64,000 nucleotides of DNA, taken from Thermoanaerobaculia bacterium (GTDB taxonomy: Bacteria; Acidobacteriota; Thermoanaerobaculia; Multivoradales; JAIOJS01). The notes below the pieces were generated by a model. That model made no database searches, was not told the DNA's origin, and saw only the letters and a list, made by a program, of their open reading frames with translations. Location of the stretch: contig CAWDWV010000002.1 in assembly GCA_963806095.1 (NCBI GenBank), positions 1,054,281-1,118,280 of the forward strand. The letters are read 5' to 3'. Shown piece by piece: positions 52,547 through 62,621 of the stretch (the stretch's first letter is position 1; every line of letters starts with the position of its first letter). The translations under genes and the position numbers were made by a program.

Positions 52547-55284
52547 GGCAGCTCCTCAGTCAGCGGGCGGCGGCGGGTGGGCCGGGCGCCGGGTTTGCCG
52601 TTCACATTGTTGAGACATCCGGGATCGCTGGCGGGAACAGCTCGGCGCAAGATCGTGGTGAAAACGGCCGCCGCGGCGCTGCTCCTTGCGACCACCGCCT
52701 CCGCTGCCGCGCCCGCCGCTCGCGCCGCCACCTTCGAGCAGGCGGTGGAGCTGCACGCCGCGGGGCACTCGCGCGAGGCGCTCGCCGTGTACCACGCGGT
52801 GGCGCGCTCGCAAGCGCCGCCCGAGGAGCGCGCGGCGGCGCTCAACAACGCCTGCGTGCTCGCCGGCGAGCTCGGCGACCAGGCGGCCGCGCTTGCCGAC
52901 TGCGAGGCGGCGTTGCGGCTGCGGCGGACGCTCGGCGACCCCGCGGCGGTGGCGGAGACGGCCAACAACCTGGCGCTGGTGCTCGAGGTGACCGGCCGCC
53001 CCGAGGCGGCGGAGGAGCGCTACCGCGAGGCGCTGGCGATCAACCGCAAGCTCGGCGATCGCGAATCGGTGGTGGTCAACCTCGGCAACCTCGGCGCGCT
53101 GGCGGTGGCGACAGGGCGCTACTCGGCGGCGATGCGGCTCTACGACGAGGCGGCGGCGACCGCCGCCGCTGCCGCGCCCGCGCCGTGGGCGGCGGAGCAG
53201 CTGCGGGCGGCGCGCATCAACCAGGGTGTCGTGCTCGAGAAGGTCGGCGAGTACCGGCAGGCGGTGGCGCTCTACAAGCGGCTGCTGGCGGAGGAGGGCG
53301 GCAACCGTGACGACGCCGGCGAACGCGGCGGCGACGCGCGGCAGCGGGCGGCGTTACTCGTCAACGCCGGCGTCATCTACCGCAACCTCGACGATGCGAG
53401 CAGTGCCCTCGCCGCTTTCGACGAGGCGGCCGCCGTCTACCGCCGGCTCGGCGACGTCGTCGGGATCTCCAACGCCGAGCTCAATCGCGCCCTCGCCCTC
53501 CACCTCAACCTCGGCCGCCCGCGCGCGGCCGAGGCGGCGTATCGCGAGGCGCTCGCGCTCGCCGAGCGCGGCGGCGATCGCGGCGAGGAGGTGCAGGACC
53601 TCTTCTACCTCGGCCGCTTCCTGCTCGAGCGCGCCCAGCAGGGCGGGGGCGACGCGGGTGCGCTCGCCGAGGCCGAGGCGCTGTTCGAGCGCTGCCTCGC
53701 AGTGGCGCGGAAGAGCGGCTCGGCCGAGGGGCGCTGGTCGGCGCTCGAAGGGCTGGGGCGTACCGCAGCTGCGCGCGGCGACCTCGACGACGCGCTCGGC
53801 CGGTTGGAGGCGGCGCTCGCCGAGATCGAGCGCGTGCGCGCGCAGCTCGCCCAGCCCCGCTGGCGGGCCGGCTACTTCGGCGACAAGCGTGCCGTCTACG
53901 CCGCCACCGTCGCGGTGCTGGCGCGGCTGCACGCGCAACGGCCGGCTACCGGCTACGGGCGTCGCGCCTTCGCCGTCGTGCAGCGCGCTAAGGCCCGCGA
54001 CCTGCTCGACGCGCTGGGTGCGGCCGGCAAGCCGGCGCCGCCGCGCACCGCCGACGAGCTGCGCCTCGCGCTGCGCGGCGACGTGGCGATCGAGTACTTC
54101 GTCGGCGAGGGGCGGCTGTACCGTTGGGTGCTGCGCGGCGGTGGGCTCGAGCTCGCCGACCTCGGCGAGGCGGCCTCGGTGCTGAAGGCCGTGGCTCACG
54201 TGCACCGCGCGCTCGCGGTCGGCGGCGAGCCAGCGGCGGCGGACGTCGCCGCGCTTTCCGCGTCGCTGTTGCCCACGCCGATGCCACTGCCGGCGCGCGG
54301 CGGCCAGTTGCGCATCGCACCCGACGGGCTGCTGCACTACCTACCGTTCGAGCTGTTGCGACCCGCGGGTAGCCCGCCGCTGGTGGAGCTCGCTACCGTC
54401 TCCTACCTACCCAGCGCGTCGACGCTCGTGCGCGTCGGCGCGCCGACGCCGAGCGAGGGCGACGTGCGCTTGGCGGCGTTCGCGGCGGCGGATCCCGGCG
54501 CTTCCTCTGGAGCCTCACCGGGCACGGCGAACGCAAGCGCGCCCGCTCCGCTGCCGCCGCTCGCCGCCGCGGCGCGCGAGGTCCGGGCCATCGCCGAGCT
54601 GCTCGGCGGTCGCAGCGCCCTCTTCACCGGCGCACGCGGCGACCGAGGCGAGCTTCCGCGCGGCGATGCGCCGGCGGCCGCGCGGTGCTCCACGTCGCCA
54701 CCCACGCGGTCGTCGAAGAGCCTCCCGGCCGCGGCGCCGCCATCCAGCTCGTCCCCGCCGGTGACGACGACGGCCGTCTGACGCCGCCCGAGATCGCCGC
54801 CGCCGGCGCTGCGGCGCGGTTGACCGTGCTCGCCGCCTGCCGAACGGCGCTCGTCTCGCCCGGCGACGAAGGAAGCTCGCTCGCCTCGCTCACCGGCGCG
54901 GTGCTCGCGGCGGGTAGCCCGGCCGTCGTCGCCACCCTGTGGGACGTCGACGACGAGGCGACCGCCGCGTTCATGGAGCAGCTCTACGCCCAGCTCGCGC
55001 TCGGGCTGCCGCCGGCAGAGGCGCTGCGGCGCGCCAAGGCGAGACTGCGCGCCGTGCGCGGTTGGGACCGGCCGGCGCTGTGGGCCGCCTACGTGCTCGT
55101 CGGCGACGGCCGCCCGGTCGTCGACTCGCCGTGGCGGCGCGCCTCGGCGTGGGCCCTGGCCTCGTCGCTCGGTCGCGCGGCGGTGGCGACGGTCGCCCTG
55201 CTGACGGCCGCCGCCCTCGCCTGGACTTTCCGCCGGCGCCGTTCGAGGCTCAGCGCAGCTCGAGCGAGCCGGACTCGAAGCTGA
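52535..55284 (+). CDS. TPR-repeat + CHAT-domain (caspase-like peptidase) protein with C-terminal TM. One frameshift ~54680-54690. Start codon uncertain.
   Basis: N-terminal signal-like segment (VKTAAAALLLATTASAAAPAARA). About 9 TPR repeats. CHAT motifs VLHVATHAVV (His) and LAACRTA...GAVLAAGSPAVVATLWDVDD (Cys). C-terminal TM AAVATVALLTAAALAW. Confidence 0.7.
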
Positions 55285-56330
55285 CCGCCAGCTTCTTGTT
55301 GCGCTTGCCGAGCAGCCAGGTCCCCGCGCGGTCGATGGTTACCGCCGAATCGCCCAGCGGCGCCGACGCGCTGATGGGCAGCGCCACGTCGACGATCCTG
55401 CCGGGCACGGAGTTGAGCGCGCCGTTGGGCGACTGGAAGCTGACCACCAGCTCGCCGGGCACCGAGCGGACGATGCGGAAGGTCGCCTTGCCGTAGCGCG
55501 GGTCCATGCGCACCTGCGGCGGCCCGCCCTGGACGGCGGCGTTCCAGCGCAGCGTCACCTGGCCGCCGAAGACGGCGAACGCCTCCTCGGTCTCGACCCC
55601 CATCTCGGCGGTCTCGCCGCGCTCCACCTCGTCGCCCTCGGCCTCCAACTCGTAGGGCGCCCGCGCCGAGCGGACGCGCAGCTCGGCGTGGATCGGCTCG
55701 ATGCTCACCGCCGCGCCCGTGGGGTCGGTGAGCCCCGTCGCCACGGGGTCGATCTCGAGGGCGTAGACGCTGCCCGGTGCGCGCCGTACGGTCGAGCCGC
55801 ATGAAGATCACCGCCAAGGGCCCGTCGGCGGCGTTGACGCCGTTCGAGCTGGAGCTGAACTGCAGCCCGACGCTCTGCGAGTCGGCGCCGTTGCTGGTGG
55901 TGGCGCTGGTCACCGCGTCGTTGCCGGTGCTGAAGACGACGCCGCGGATGAAGGTGAGCGGCCGCACCGGCTGCGCCACGGCCTCGGCGGTGATGCCGAG
56001 CGCCTTGGCGGGCGGCCGGCGGACGCGCACGGTGATGCGCCCCTGGCGCAACGGCCGCGCGGCGTAGGTGCGGATGACGAGCGCCACCATGCCGCCGGGC
56101 TTGCCGACGGCGTCGTTGAGCCGCAGCTTGAGCTCGCCGCCGCCGCTGCCGCCGTCGTCCTCGTCGTCGTCGCCACCGCCGTGCTTGACCACACCGCCGG
56201 CGAAGCCTTGCCCGCTCCAGGCGGTGCCCGGGGCGCCGAGCGCCAGCAGCAGCAGGAACGCCATCAACGCCGCGAGGGACCGCGGCAGCTTGCTCGTCGT
56301 CATCGTCGCCCTTCTCGTCGCATCGCTCAT
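55250..56330 (-). CDS. Secreted protein with two beta-sandwich (cohesin-like?) repeats. Last gene of the ECF sigma operon. One frameshift at ~55760.
   Basis: ATG overlaps the anti-sigma stop (ATGA). Signal peptide LPRSLAALMAFLLLLALGAPGTAWS. Acidic G/D tract. Two similar ~120-aa segments. Confidence 0.5.
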
Positions 56331-57137
56331 CGCGTGCCCTCCGCGGCGTCGGTCTCTTCCGGCAGCGGCCGGACCCGGAAGCGTGCCGGCGCCGACCTGC
56401 CGAGCGTCGACCCGTCCGCCGCCAGCGCCTCGACCGTCCATTCGTAGCTCACCGCTCGCTGCAAACTGCTTTGCGACCTCAGTGAGCAGGCGGGCCGCCG
56501 GTGCGCTCGTCCGATGCTGCCACAGCGGTGTGCCGTCGACCGTGACCAGCCGCACCCGGTAGCCCGCCGCGCCGGCGACCGGCCGCCAGCGCAGCTCGGC
56601 CGGCGGCTCCGCCAACTCGCCGAGCGGCGCCGACGGCTCGACCTCGCCGCCGCGAACCACCCCGCCCCGCGGCGGCTCCGGTAACGCCGGCGGCCGCTCG
56701 TAGAGCGTCCGCAGGGTCAACCCGGCCGCCACGACCAGCACGGCCGCCGCGGCGAGCCGCGTCCACGTCCGCACCGCTCCCCGCCCACGGAAGGGAACGA
56801 CGCGAGCCGGTGCCGGCATTCCCGAAGGCGCTGCGACCGGGCGCTGCCCGGCGCGCGGCTCGCCGCGCAGCCGCGCCATCACCCACTCGACGTCGATCGC
56901 CGACACGCCGGTCTCGCCGGCGTCGAAGGCTCGCGCCAGCTCGCGCTCGGCGCTGCAGGTCGGGCAGCCGTCGGCGTGCGCATCGAGGCGACGGCGCTCC
57001 TCCGGCGCCAGCGCGGCCATCTCCGCGGCGAGGTAGGCCTCGGGCGGTGGGCACCCGGGTGCTGCCGGGGCGCCGTCGGCGTAGGCGTCGCGCAGCCAGT
57101 CGGCGAGCGCGCGGCGAGTCGACGGGGAGTCGCTCAC
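56327..57137 (-). CDS. Zinc-finger (HxxxCxxC) anti-sigma factor, single-pass membrane. One frameshift at ~56440.
   Basis: GTG start overlaps the sigma stop (GTGA). It is preceded by AGGGAGGA. DAHADGCPTC zinc motif. TM LAAAAVLVVAAGL. The C-terminal domain ends ...YEWTVEALAADGSTLGRSAPARFRVRPLPEETDAAEGTR-stop in a shifted frame. Confidence 0.6.
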
Positions 57138-57727
57138 CGCGGTCCTCCCTGCCGAGCCAGCCAGGCGCCGAAGCGGCGCTCGAGCTTGCGCCGGCCGCCC
57201 ACCACGTAGGCCTTGGCGCCCGAGCGGTTGGGCAGCGCCAGCAGCTCGGTGATCGCCGGCAGCGTCATGCCGTCCACGTAGTGCAGGTAGAGCACCTTGG
57301 CTTCCAGCGGATCGAGGTCGTCGCGCATGGCGTCGCGCAGGGCGGCAGCCACCTCGGCGTTGCCGACGACGGTCTCGGCGTCCGGGTTGGGATCGGCGGG
57401 CTCGGCGGCCGCCTCGTCGAGGCTGTCGGCTTGCCTTCGTCGCGCCGCCTCGCCGCGGTTGATGGCGACGCGGCGGGCAACGGTGTAGAGCCAGGTCGAG
57501 AAGCGGCTCTCGCCGCGAAACGAGCCCAGCCGCTCGTGCACGCGCAGGAACACCTCCTGGGCAAGGTCGGCGGCGTCGTCGCGGTTGCCGCAGAAGCGCA
57601 GGCACCAGGCCGCCACTTGGCGATGGTAGCGGGCAAAGAGGGCGTCGCGCGCCGCGGCGGCCCCGCCGTCACCGCTGGCGCTGGCGGCGGTGATGAGCTG
57701 TTCGTCGCTGAGTTGATCGAAGTCCAT
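57134..57727 (-). CDS. ECF-type RNA polymerase sigma factor
   Basis: Sigma-2 (AADLAQEVFLRVHERLGSFRGESRFSTWLYTVARRVAIN). Sigma-4 (LEAKVLYLHYVDGMTLPAITELLALPNRSGAKAYV). Confidence 0.85.
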   Translation of the reverse strand: MDFDQLSDEQLITAASASGDGGAAAARDALFARYHRQVAAWCLRFCGNRDDAADLAQEVFLRVHERLGSFRGESRFSTWLYTVARRVAINRGEAARRRQADSLDEAAAEPADPNPDAETVVGNAEVAAALRDAMRDDLDPLEAKVLYLHYVDGMTLPAITELLALPNRSGAKAYVVGGRRKLERRFGAWLARQGGPR

Positions 57728-57913
57728 CCGGGCGCGCGCTGCGCGGCGCAAGAATAGCGGGGCAGGGCCGCCATCGCGCTGTGCGGTGGGGTGGGCCTAG
57801 GTGCCCGCCGGGGTGGGTGCCCGCACGTCGCCTCGTCTGGCATCGACTATTGAGACAGTGCCGGACGGCGCGCAGGAACAGCCTCCGGTAGAAGCGCATC
57901 TCGTTGCGCCAGA

Positions 57914-58831
57914 ATGTCGCCGATGCGGTTCCTCCACCTCGCCCCGGCCGCCAAGGAGCGGGCGATCCGGCGCTCCGGGCTTGCCGGTGGCCGCGCCTCG
58001 ATCTCGGACGAGGCCGGCGCCGCGCTCGTGCTCGCGCGCGCCGTTTATGCGATGCCGGTGGTGCCGGACTTCTGGACCTCGCACCAGTGGACGCGCGAGC
58101 TGCGCCGTCGCAACGGCGAGCGTCTGGTCGCCGTGCACTTCCGGCTGGCCGACGAAGAGCTCGTGCACGTCGGCCGCTTCGCGCAGCCGCACCGCCTCGT
58201 CGCCGCCGCGGCCGCGGCGCGCTGGGTGATGGACAACCCCGACGGCGCCGAGGTGGTGGTGCCGCGCAGCGTCGCACGGCGCGAGGTGGTCGCCGTGCGC
58301 GAAGCGCCGCAGCTCGTCGGCTGGGTGCAGAGTCCCGACGAGAAGGACCCTTTTGGGTGCGTCTGCGCCGGCTGTCTGCCGCCCGGCTCGCCCGACCTGA
58401 TGCGCCGCGTGCGCGGGGCCTTTCGCGACAGCCTCGACCGCGTGCGGCGCGCCGGCGACGACGAGAACGCGCTGGTCGACGGCCTCAGCCGCCTGCAGAT
58501 GCCGCTCGAGCGCGCCCGCGGCCGGATCGCGCCCGCCTCGGTGCTCGCCTACGCGCGCTCGCCGAGCGTGCGGGCGCGCCGGCAGGTGGCGTGGCTGCTC
58601 GGCTTCTTCCGTGCGCGGCAAGTGGAAGAGACGCTGCTCGCGCTCGCCGGTGACGGCGACGAAGAGGTCCGCGATTCCGCCATCGACTCGCTGCGCCGCG
58701 CCGGCGGCGCCGCGCGCGCCCGCGCGCTGCTCGCCGATGCGCCCGCCGAGCTCGGCGCCAAGCTGGAGGAGCTGGTCGAGCTCGAAGCGAGCCCGCTCCT
58801 CCCGCGGAAGAAGCGGCGCCGCCGCGGTTAG
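57914..58831 (+). CDS. Hypothetical protein with C-terminal HEAT/armadillo-like repeats
   Basis: Clean 305-aa ORF. ARRQVAWLLGFF...EEVRDSAIDSLRRAGG resembles HEAT repeats. Confidence 0.45.
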   Translation: MSPMRFLHLAPAAKERAIRRSGLAGGRASISDEAGAALVLARAVYAMPVVPDFWTSHQWTRELRRRNGERLVAVHFRLADEELVHVGRFAQPHRLVAAAAAARWVMDNPDGAEVVVPRSVARREVVAVREAPQLVGWVQSPDEKDPFGCVCAGCLPPGSPDLMRRVRGAFRDSLDRVRRAGDDENALVDGLSRLQMPLERARGRIAPASVLAYARSPSVRARRQVAWLLGFFRARQVEETLLALAGDGDEEVRDSAIDSLRRAGGAARARALLADAPAELGAKLEELVELEASPLLPRKKRRRRG

Positions 58832-58992
58832 TGGCCTGTACCACCCGAATCGAAAGCACCTGGCTTGCCCTCGACGACGTGGGCGGCGTTGCGCTCCCTG
58901 CGCCATAGAACGAGGCTATGACTCGGTCGCGCGCCTTGCCCACGCCGCCGATGGCGGCGCCATCTGCTTCCGACTCGGGTGGTACAGGCCAC
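58831..58992. repeat. ~160-bp element bounded by 22-bp terminal inverted repeats (GTGGCCTGTACCACCCGAATCG / CGACTCGGGTGGTACAGGCCAC). It fills the gap between two convergent stop codons.
   Basis: The two arms match 21 of 22 positions. An internal 7-bp hairpin (CGCCGCC-GAT-GGCGGCG) is present. Confidence 0.5.
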
Positions 58993-60275
58993 TAGAGCAG
59001 CCGGCGCGGCGGGATCACCACGTTCGCGAGCAGGATGCCGGTGGCGAGGGCGATCGCCACCAGGGTGGTGGTGAACGCGGTCTGCACGCCCGAAAGCACG
59101 TCGCGCTCGAGCAGCGCCGCCAGGCTGCGGAAGCCGAGGCTCCCCGGCACCAGCACGATCAACCCGGGTACCTGCATCACCGCCGCCGGCCGCCGCAGCA
59201 GCCGCGCGTAGAGGTTGGCGCCGATGCCGACCAGCAGCGCGCCGACGAAGGCGCCGAGCTGCGGACCCAACAGTTGGGCGCCGAGCCGCACGCCCTCGAT
59301 GGCGAGCACGCCGGCGAGCAGCACCCAACCGACGTCGCGCGGCCGCGCGCGCAGCAGCACGGTGAAGGAGAGGCCGGCGGCGACGAGCGCGGCCCACCGC
59401 CACACCTCGCCGAGCGGCACCGCGTCGACGCGCGGCGGGTGGCCACCGACGAGTGTGGCGCCGAGCTGCGCCCCCACGGCGACGCCGAGGGCGATGGCGA
59501 AGAACAGCGCCACCGCGCCGGCGAGCCGGGCGCTGCCGGAGACGAGCTGGCGGCTGGCGAGCTCGCTGATCGACACGGTGAGCGTGAGCCCGGGCACCAG
59601 CACGATGAGCCCGGCGAGGGTGACGAGGAAGGCCGACAGCGGCGGCAGCGTCGCGGCGGCGACCGTGGCGACGAGCGACGCCAGCAGCGCGGCCAGCGGC
59701 TCGAAGAGCCGTCCCAGCGCCACGGCGCGGGCGGCGACCGACGCCAGCACGCCGGTGAGCAGGCCGACGCCCGTCGCCGCCACGATCTCGCGCACCCCAC
59801 CGCCGAGGAACTGCGCCGCGGCGCCGGAGGCGAGCGCGAACGACAGCGTGGTGAGCAGCGCGCCGTAGCGCGGCGCCGCGGCGTCGAAGCGCCGCAGCGC
59901 CGCCGCTGCCTCGCGCGGCTGCAGCTTGCCCTCGGCGAGATGGCCGATCAGCTCGTCGAGGTCCGACATGCGCTCGAGGTTGACGTCGCCCGGCTGCACG
60001 CGCTCGAGGATGGTGCTGCGGACGCCCTGCGCGTCGGTGAAGCTCGCGAACAGCGCCGTCGGTGTGGAGAAGAACTGCCCGACGATCCCCAGCCGCCGCG
60101 ACGCCGCCTCCATCCCCTCCTCGATGCGGTGCGCCGGGCTGCCGGCGGCGTGCAGCGCGCGGCCCAGCCGCATCACCAGCTCCGGCGGATCGGTCGCGTC
60201 GGGCCCGCCCGGCGGCGTGGTGCGTGGAGCCGGCTGCGCCACCAGGGCGCCGAAGGGAGTGTCGTCGACGGCCAT
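58992..60275 (-). CDS. Threonine/serine exporter family protein (ThrE; DUF1212 + DUF3815)
   Basis: N-terminal cytoplasmic domain (LVMRLGRALHAAGSPAHRIEEGMEAASRRLG), then about 10 TM helices. The six-frame ORF extends 115 codons further upstream in Arg/Ser/Pro-rich junk, so the start was taken at the MAVDD ATG. Confidence 0.7.
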   Translation of the reverse strand: MAVDDTPFGALVAQPAPRTTPPGGPDATDPPELVMRLGRALHAAGSPAHRIEEGMEAASRRLGIVGQFFSTPTALFASFTDAQGVRSTILERVQPGDVNLERMSDLDELIGHLAEGKLQPREAAAALRRFDAAAPRYGALLTTLSFALASGAAAQFLGGGVREIVAATGVGLLTGVLASVAARAVALGRLFEPLAALLASLVATVAAATLPPLSAFLVTLAGLIVLVPGLTLTVSISELASRQLVSGSARLAGAVALFFAIALGVAVGAQLGATLVGGHPPRVDAVPLGEVWRWAALVAAGLSFTVLLRARPRDVGWVLLAGVLAIEGVRLGAQLLGPQLGAFVGALLVGIGANLYARLLRRPAAVMQVPGLIVLVPGSLGFRSLAALLERDVLSGVQTAFTTTLVAIALATGILLANVVIPPRRLL

Positions 60276-60297
60276 GGCCGGCGCCTCGTGCCCGCGC

Positions 60298-61275
60298 TCA
60301 GCGCGCGACACGTACGGATGTGACGGCGCCCCAGCGGCGGTCCAGCGCCGCCTCGAGCTTCTTGCGCTCGACGTCGGGCAGCGCCTCGCGCCGCGCGCCG
60401 ATCTCGCGCCCGGCGGCCGTGAGATCGCGCTCGTCGAGGGCCCCGGCGATGCGCTGCTGCAGCTCGTAGTAGGCGGGCGAGGCCTCGCCGCACAGCTCGT
60501 GCAGGAAGGCGTAGCTCTGCCGGTGCACCGGGCAGGGGCCGTGGCGGCGGATCGCCTCCTGGTGCTCGGCCGTGCAGTACCCCTTGTGGCGCGCGAAGCC
60601 GTAGGTCGGGTAGCGGGCATCGAGCTCCACCATCAGCGCGTCGCGGTGCACCTTGGCGACGATCGAGGCGGCGGCGATGGAGAAGTTGATGCCGTCCCCC
60701 TTGTTGAACGGGTTCTGCGGCATCGCCAGCCCCGGCACCTGGCGGGCGTCGACGAGCACGTGCTGCGGCACCATCGGCAGCGCCTCGACGGCACGCCGCA
60801 TCGCCTGCAGGGCGGCCTGGTAGATGTTGATGCGGTCGATCTCCTCGACGTCGGCGGCGCCGATGGCGACGCCCTCGGCCTTGGCGCGGATCTCCACCGC
60901 CAGCCGCTCGCGGGTCTCGCGGTCGAGCTTCTTGCTGTCGTCGACGCCGTCGATCTCGACGCCGGGTGGGAACACGACCGCCGCTGCGATCACCGGGCCG
61001 GCGAGCGGCCCGACGCCCACCTCGTCGACACCGGCGATGAAGCGCACGCCGGTGCGCCACAGCACGCGCTCGAAGTTGAGCAGCGCGTCGAGGTGCAGGC
61101 GGCGCTGCTTCTCTCCGTCGACGCGGCGGCGGAGCGACTCGTAGAGGGCGCGCACGCCGCGCCGCGGGTCGCGGCCGATCTTCTTGAGCGCCTGCGGCGA
61201 GACGTCGCCGCCGCGCTTGGCGATCCACTCGCGCAGCTCGGGGAGCGACATCTTGGCGGGGTCGAAGGCGGCCAT
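60298..61275 (-). CDS. rnhB: Ribonuclease HII with N- and C-terminal extensions
   Basis: The core FIAGVDEVGVGPLAGPVIAAAVVF...DDSKKL...GFARHKGYCTAEH matches RNase HII. About 80 aa N-terminal and 60 aa C-terminal sequence lie beyond the usual ~200-aa enzyme. Confidence 0.8.
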   Translation of the reverse strand: MAAFDPAKMSLPELREWIAKRGGDVSPQALKKIGRDPRRGVRALYESLRRRVDGEKQRRLHLDALLNFERVLWRTGVRFIAGVDEVGVGPLAGPVIAAAVVFPPGVEIDGVDDSKKLDRETRERLAVEIRAKAEGVAIGAADVEEIDRINIYQAALQAMRRAVEALPMVPQHVLVDARQVPGLAMPQNPFNKGDGINFSIAAASIVAKVHRDALMVELDARYPTYGFARHKGYCTAEHQEAIRRHGPCPVHRQSYAFLHELCGEASPAYYELQQRIAGALDERDLTAAGREIGARREALPDVERKKLEAALDRRWGAVTSVRVAR

Positions 61276-61291
61276 CAGCGGGGCGCGGTGC

Positions 61292-62621
61292 TCACTGCGG
61301 TTCAATACTCAGAGGAACGGCGTCAGCATACCCGCCATGCGGTCGCCCATGCGGTGCAGCCTGCCGCGGCTGCGCCACTGCTCGAGCTTGACCTCGCGGC
61401 TGTCGACGCAGGTCGGCCTCGAAGGCCTGCGCCAGCCGCTCTCCCACCTCGTCGTCGAGCGTCACCAGGTTGCACTCGGCGTTGAACTGGAAGGAGCGGA
61501 AGTCGAGGTTGGTCGAGCCCACCACGGTGCAGAAGCGGTCGGCGACCAGCGTCTTGGCGTGCAGCAGCGCGCGCTGGTACTCGAAGATGCGCACACCCTT
61601 GCTTCAGCAGCCGCGAGTACCAGCCGTGCCCGGCGTGGAGCAGGATCTGGACGTCGGTCTTGCCGGGCAGCAGCAGTCGCACGTCGACGCCGCGGGCGGC
61701 GGCGCGGGCCGAGGATGGCCACCGCGACGTGGCCGGGGGCGAAGTAGGCGTTGGTGAGCCACAGCGTCTTCTCGGCGGCGGCGCCGATGGCGGCGAGGGT
61801 GGCAGCCGTCTCGATATGCCCGCGCCCCGGCCGCGAGTCGAGCACCAGCGAGCGCGCCGGGGCCTTCGGGGTTGGCGGGCGGCGGCGTCACCGGCAGCGC
61901 GGCGCCGCGGGAACGTTCCCAGCCTTCGGCGAAGACCACCGCCAGGTCCCACGCCGACCGGCCCCTCGATGCGCACGTGGGTGTCGCGCATGGCGCCGGG
62001 CGCGACGCGCTTCTTGCGCAGGGTGAACGACGAGTACTCGTCGGCGATGTTCATGCCGCCGGTGAAACCGACCTCGCGGTCGATGACGAGGATCTTCCTG
62101 TGGTCGCGGAAGGCGTGCCACCAGAGGTCGGGGAAGAGGCGGTGGAAGAGGTGCACCTCGATGCCGTCGGCCTGCATCTGCTTCCAGAAGGCGTCGGCGG
62201 TGGAGAAGGAGCCGATGGCGTCGGCGAGCACGCACACCCGCACGCCGCGCTTGGCGGCGGCGGTGAGCGCCTGCGCGAAGCGCTTGCCGGTCGAGTCGTC
62301 GGTGAAGATGTAGAACTCGACCAGCACCTCCTGCTGCGCCGCGCCGATGGCGGCGAGCATCGACTGCGTGGCCTGCTCGCCGTCGCAGTACACGTCGATG
62401 CGGTTGCCGCCCCACACCGTTTCGCCGCCGTCGATGCGGGAGAGCAGCGCCGGAAAGGCGGGGTCGCGCAAGCCTTTGGGGAGCGCGCGCACGAGCCGCC
62501 CCACCTTCAGCGGCCGCAGCTCCCCCGGCAAGATCCGCCCCGGCAGCGGCCGCAGGAACGCCTTGAGGGAGCGGGGCTTACGGGTGACCCGGTGCGGCGG
62601 CGGCGCGGTCGGCTGGACCAA
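61292..62621 (-). CDS. cls: Cardiolipin synthase / phospholipase-D family (two HKD motifs). Three or more frameshifts.
   Basis: First PLD half (GNRIDVYCDGEQATQSMLAAIGAAQQEVLVEFYIFTDDSTGKRF, HRKILVIDREVGFTGGMNIADEY). The second HKD is in another frame (HAKTLVADRFCTVVGSTNLDFRSFQFNAECNLV). Confidence 0.65.

Noticed and set aside
55089-57605. 838-aa minus-strand ORF merging the secreted protein, anti-sigma and sigma genes
   Set aside because: It is a composite of three coupled genes read through in one frame. The individual starts (ATGA/GTGA overlaps, RBS AGGGAGGA) and domain boundaries are clear.
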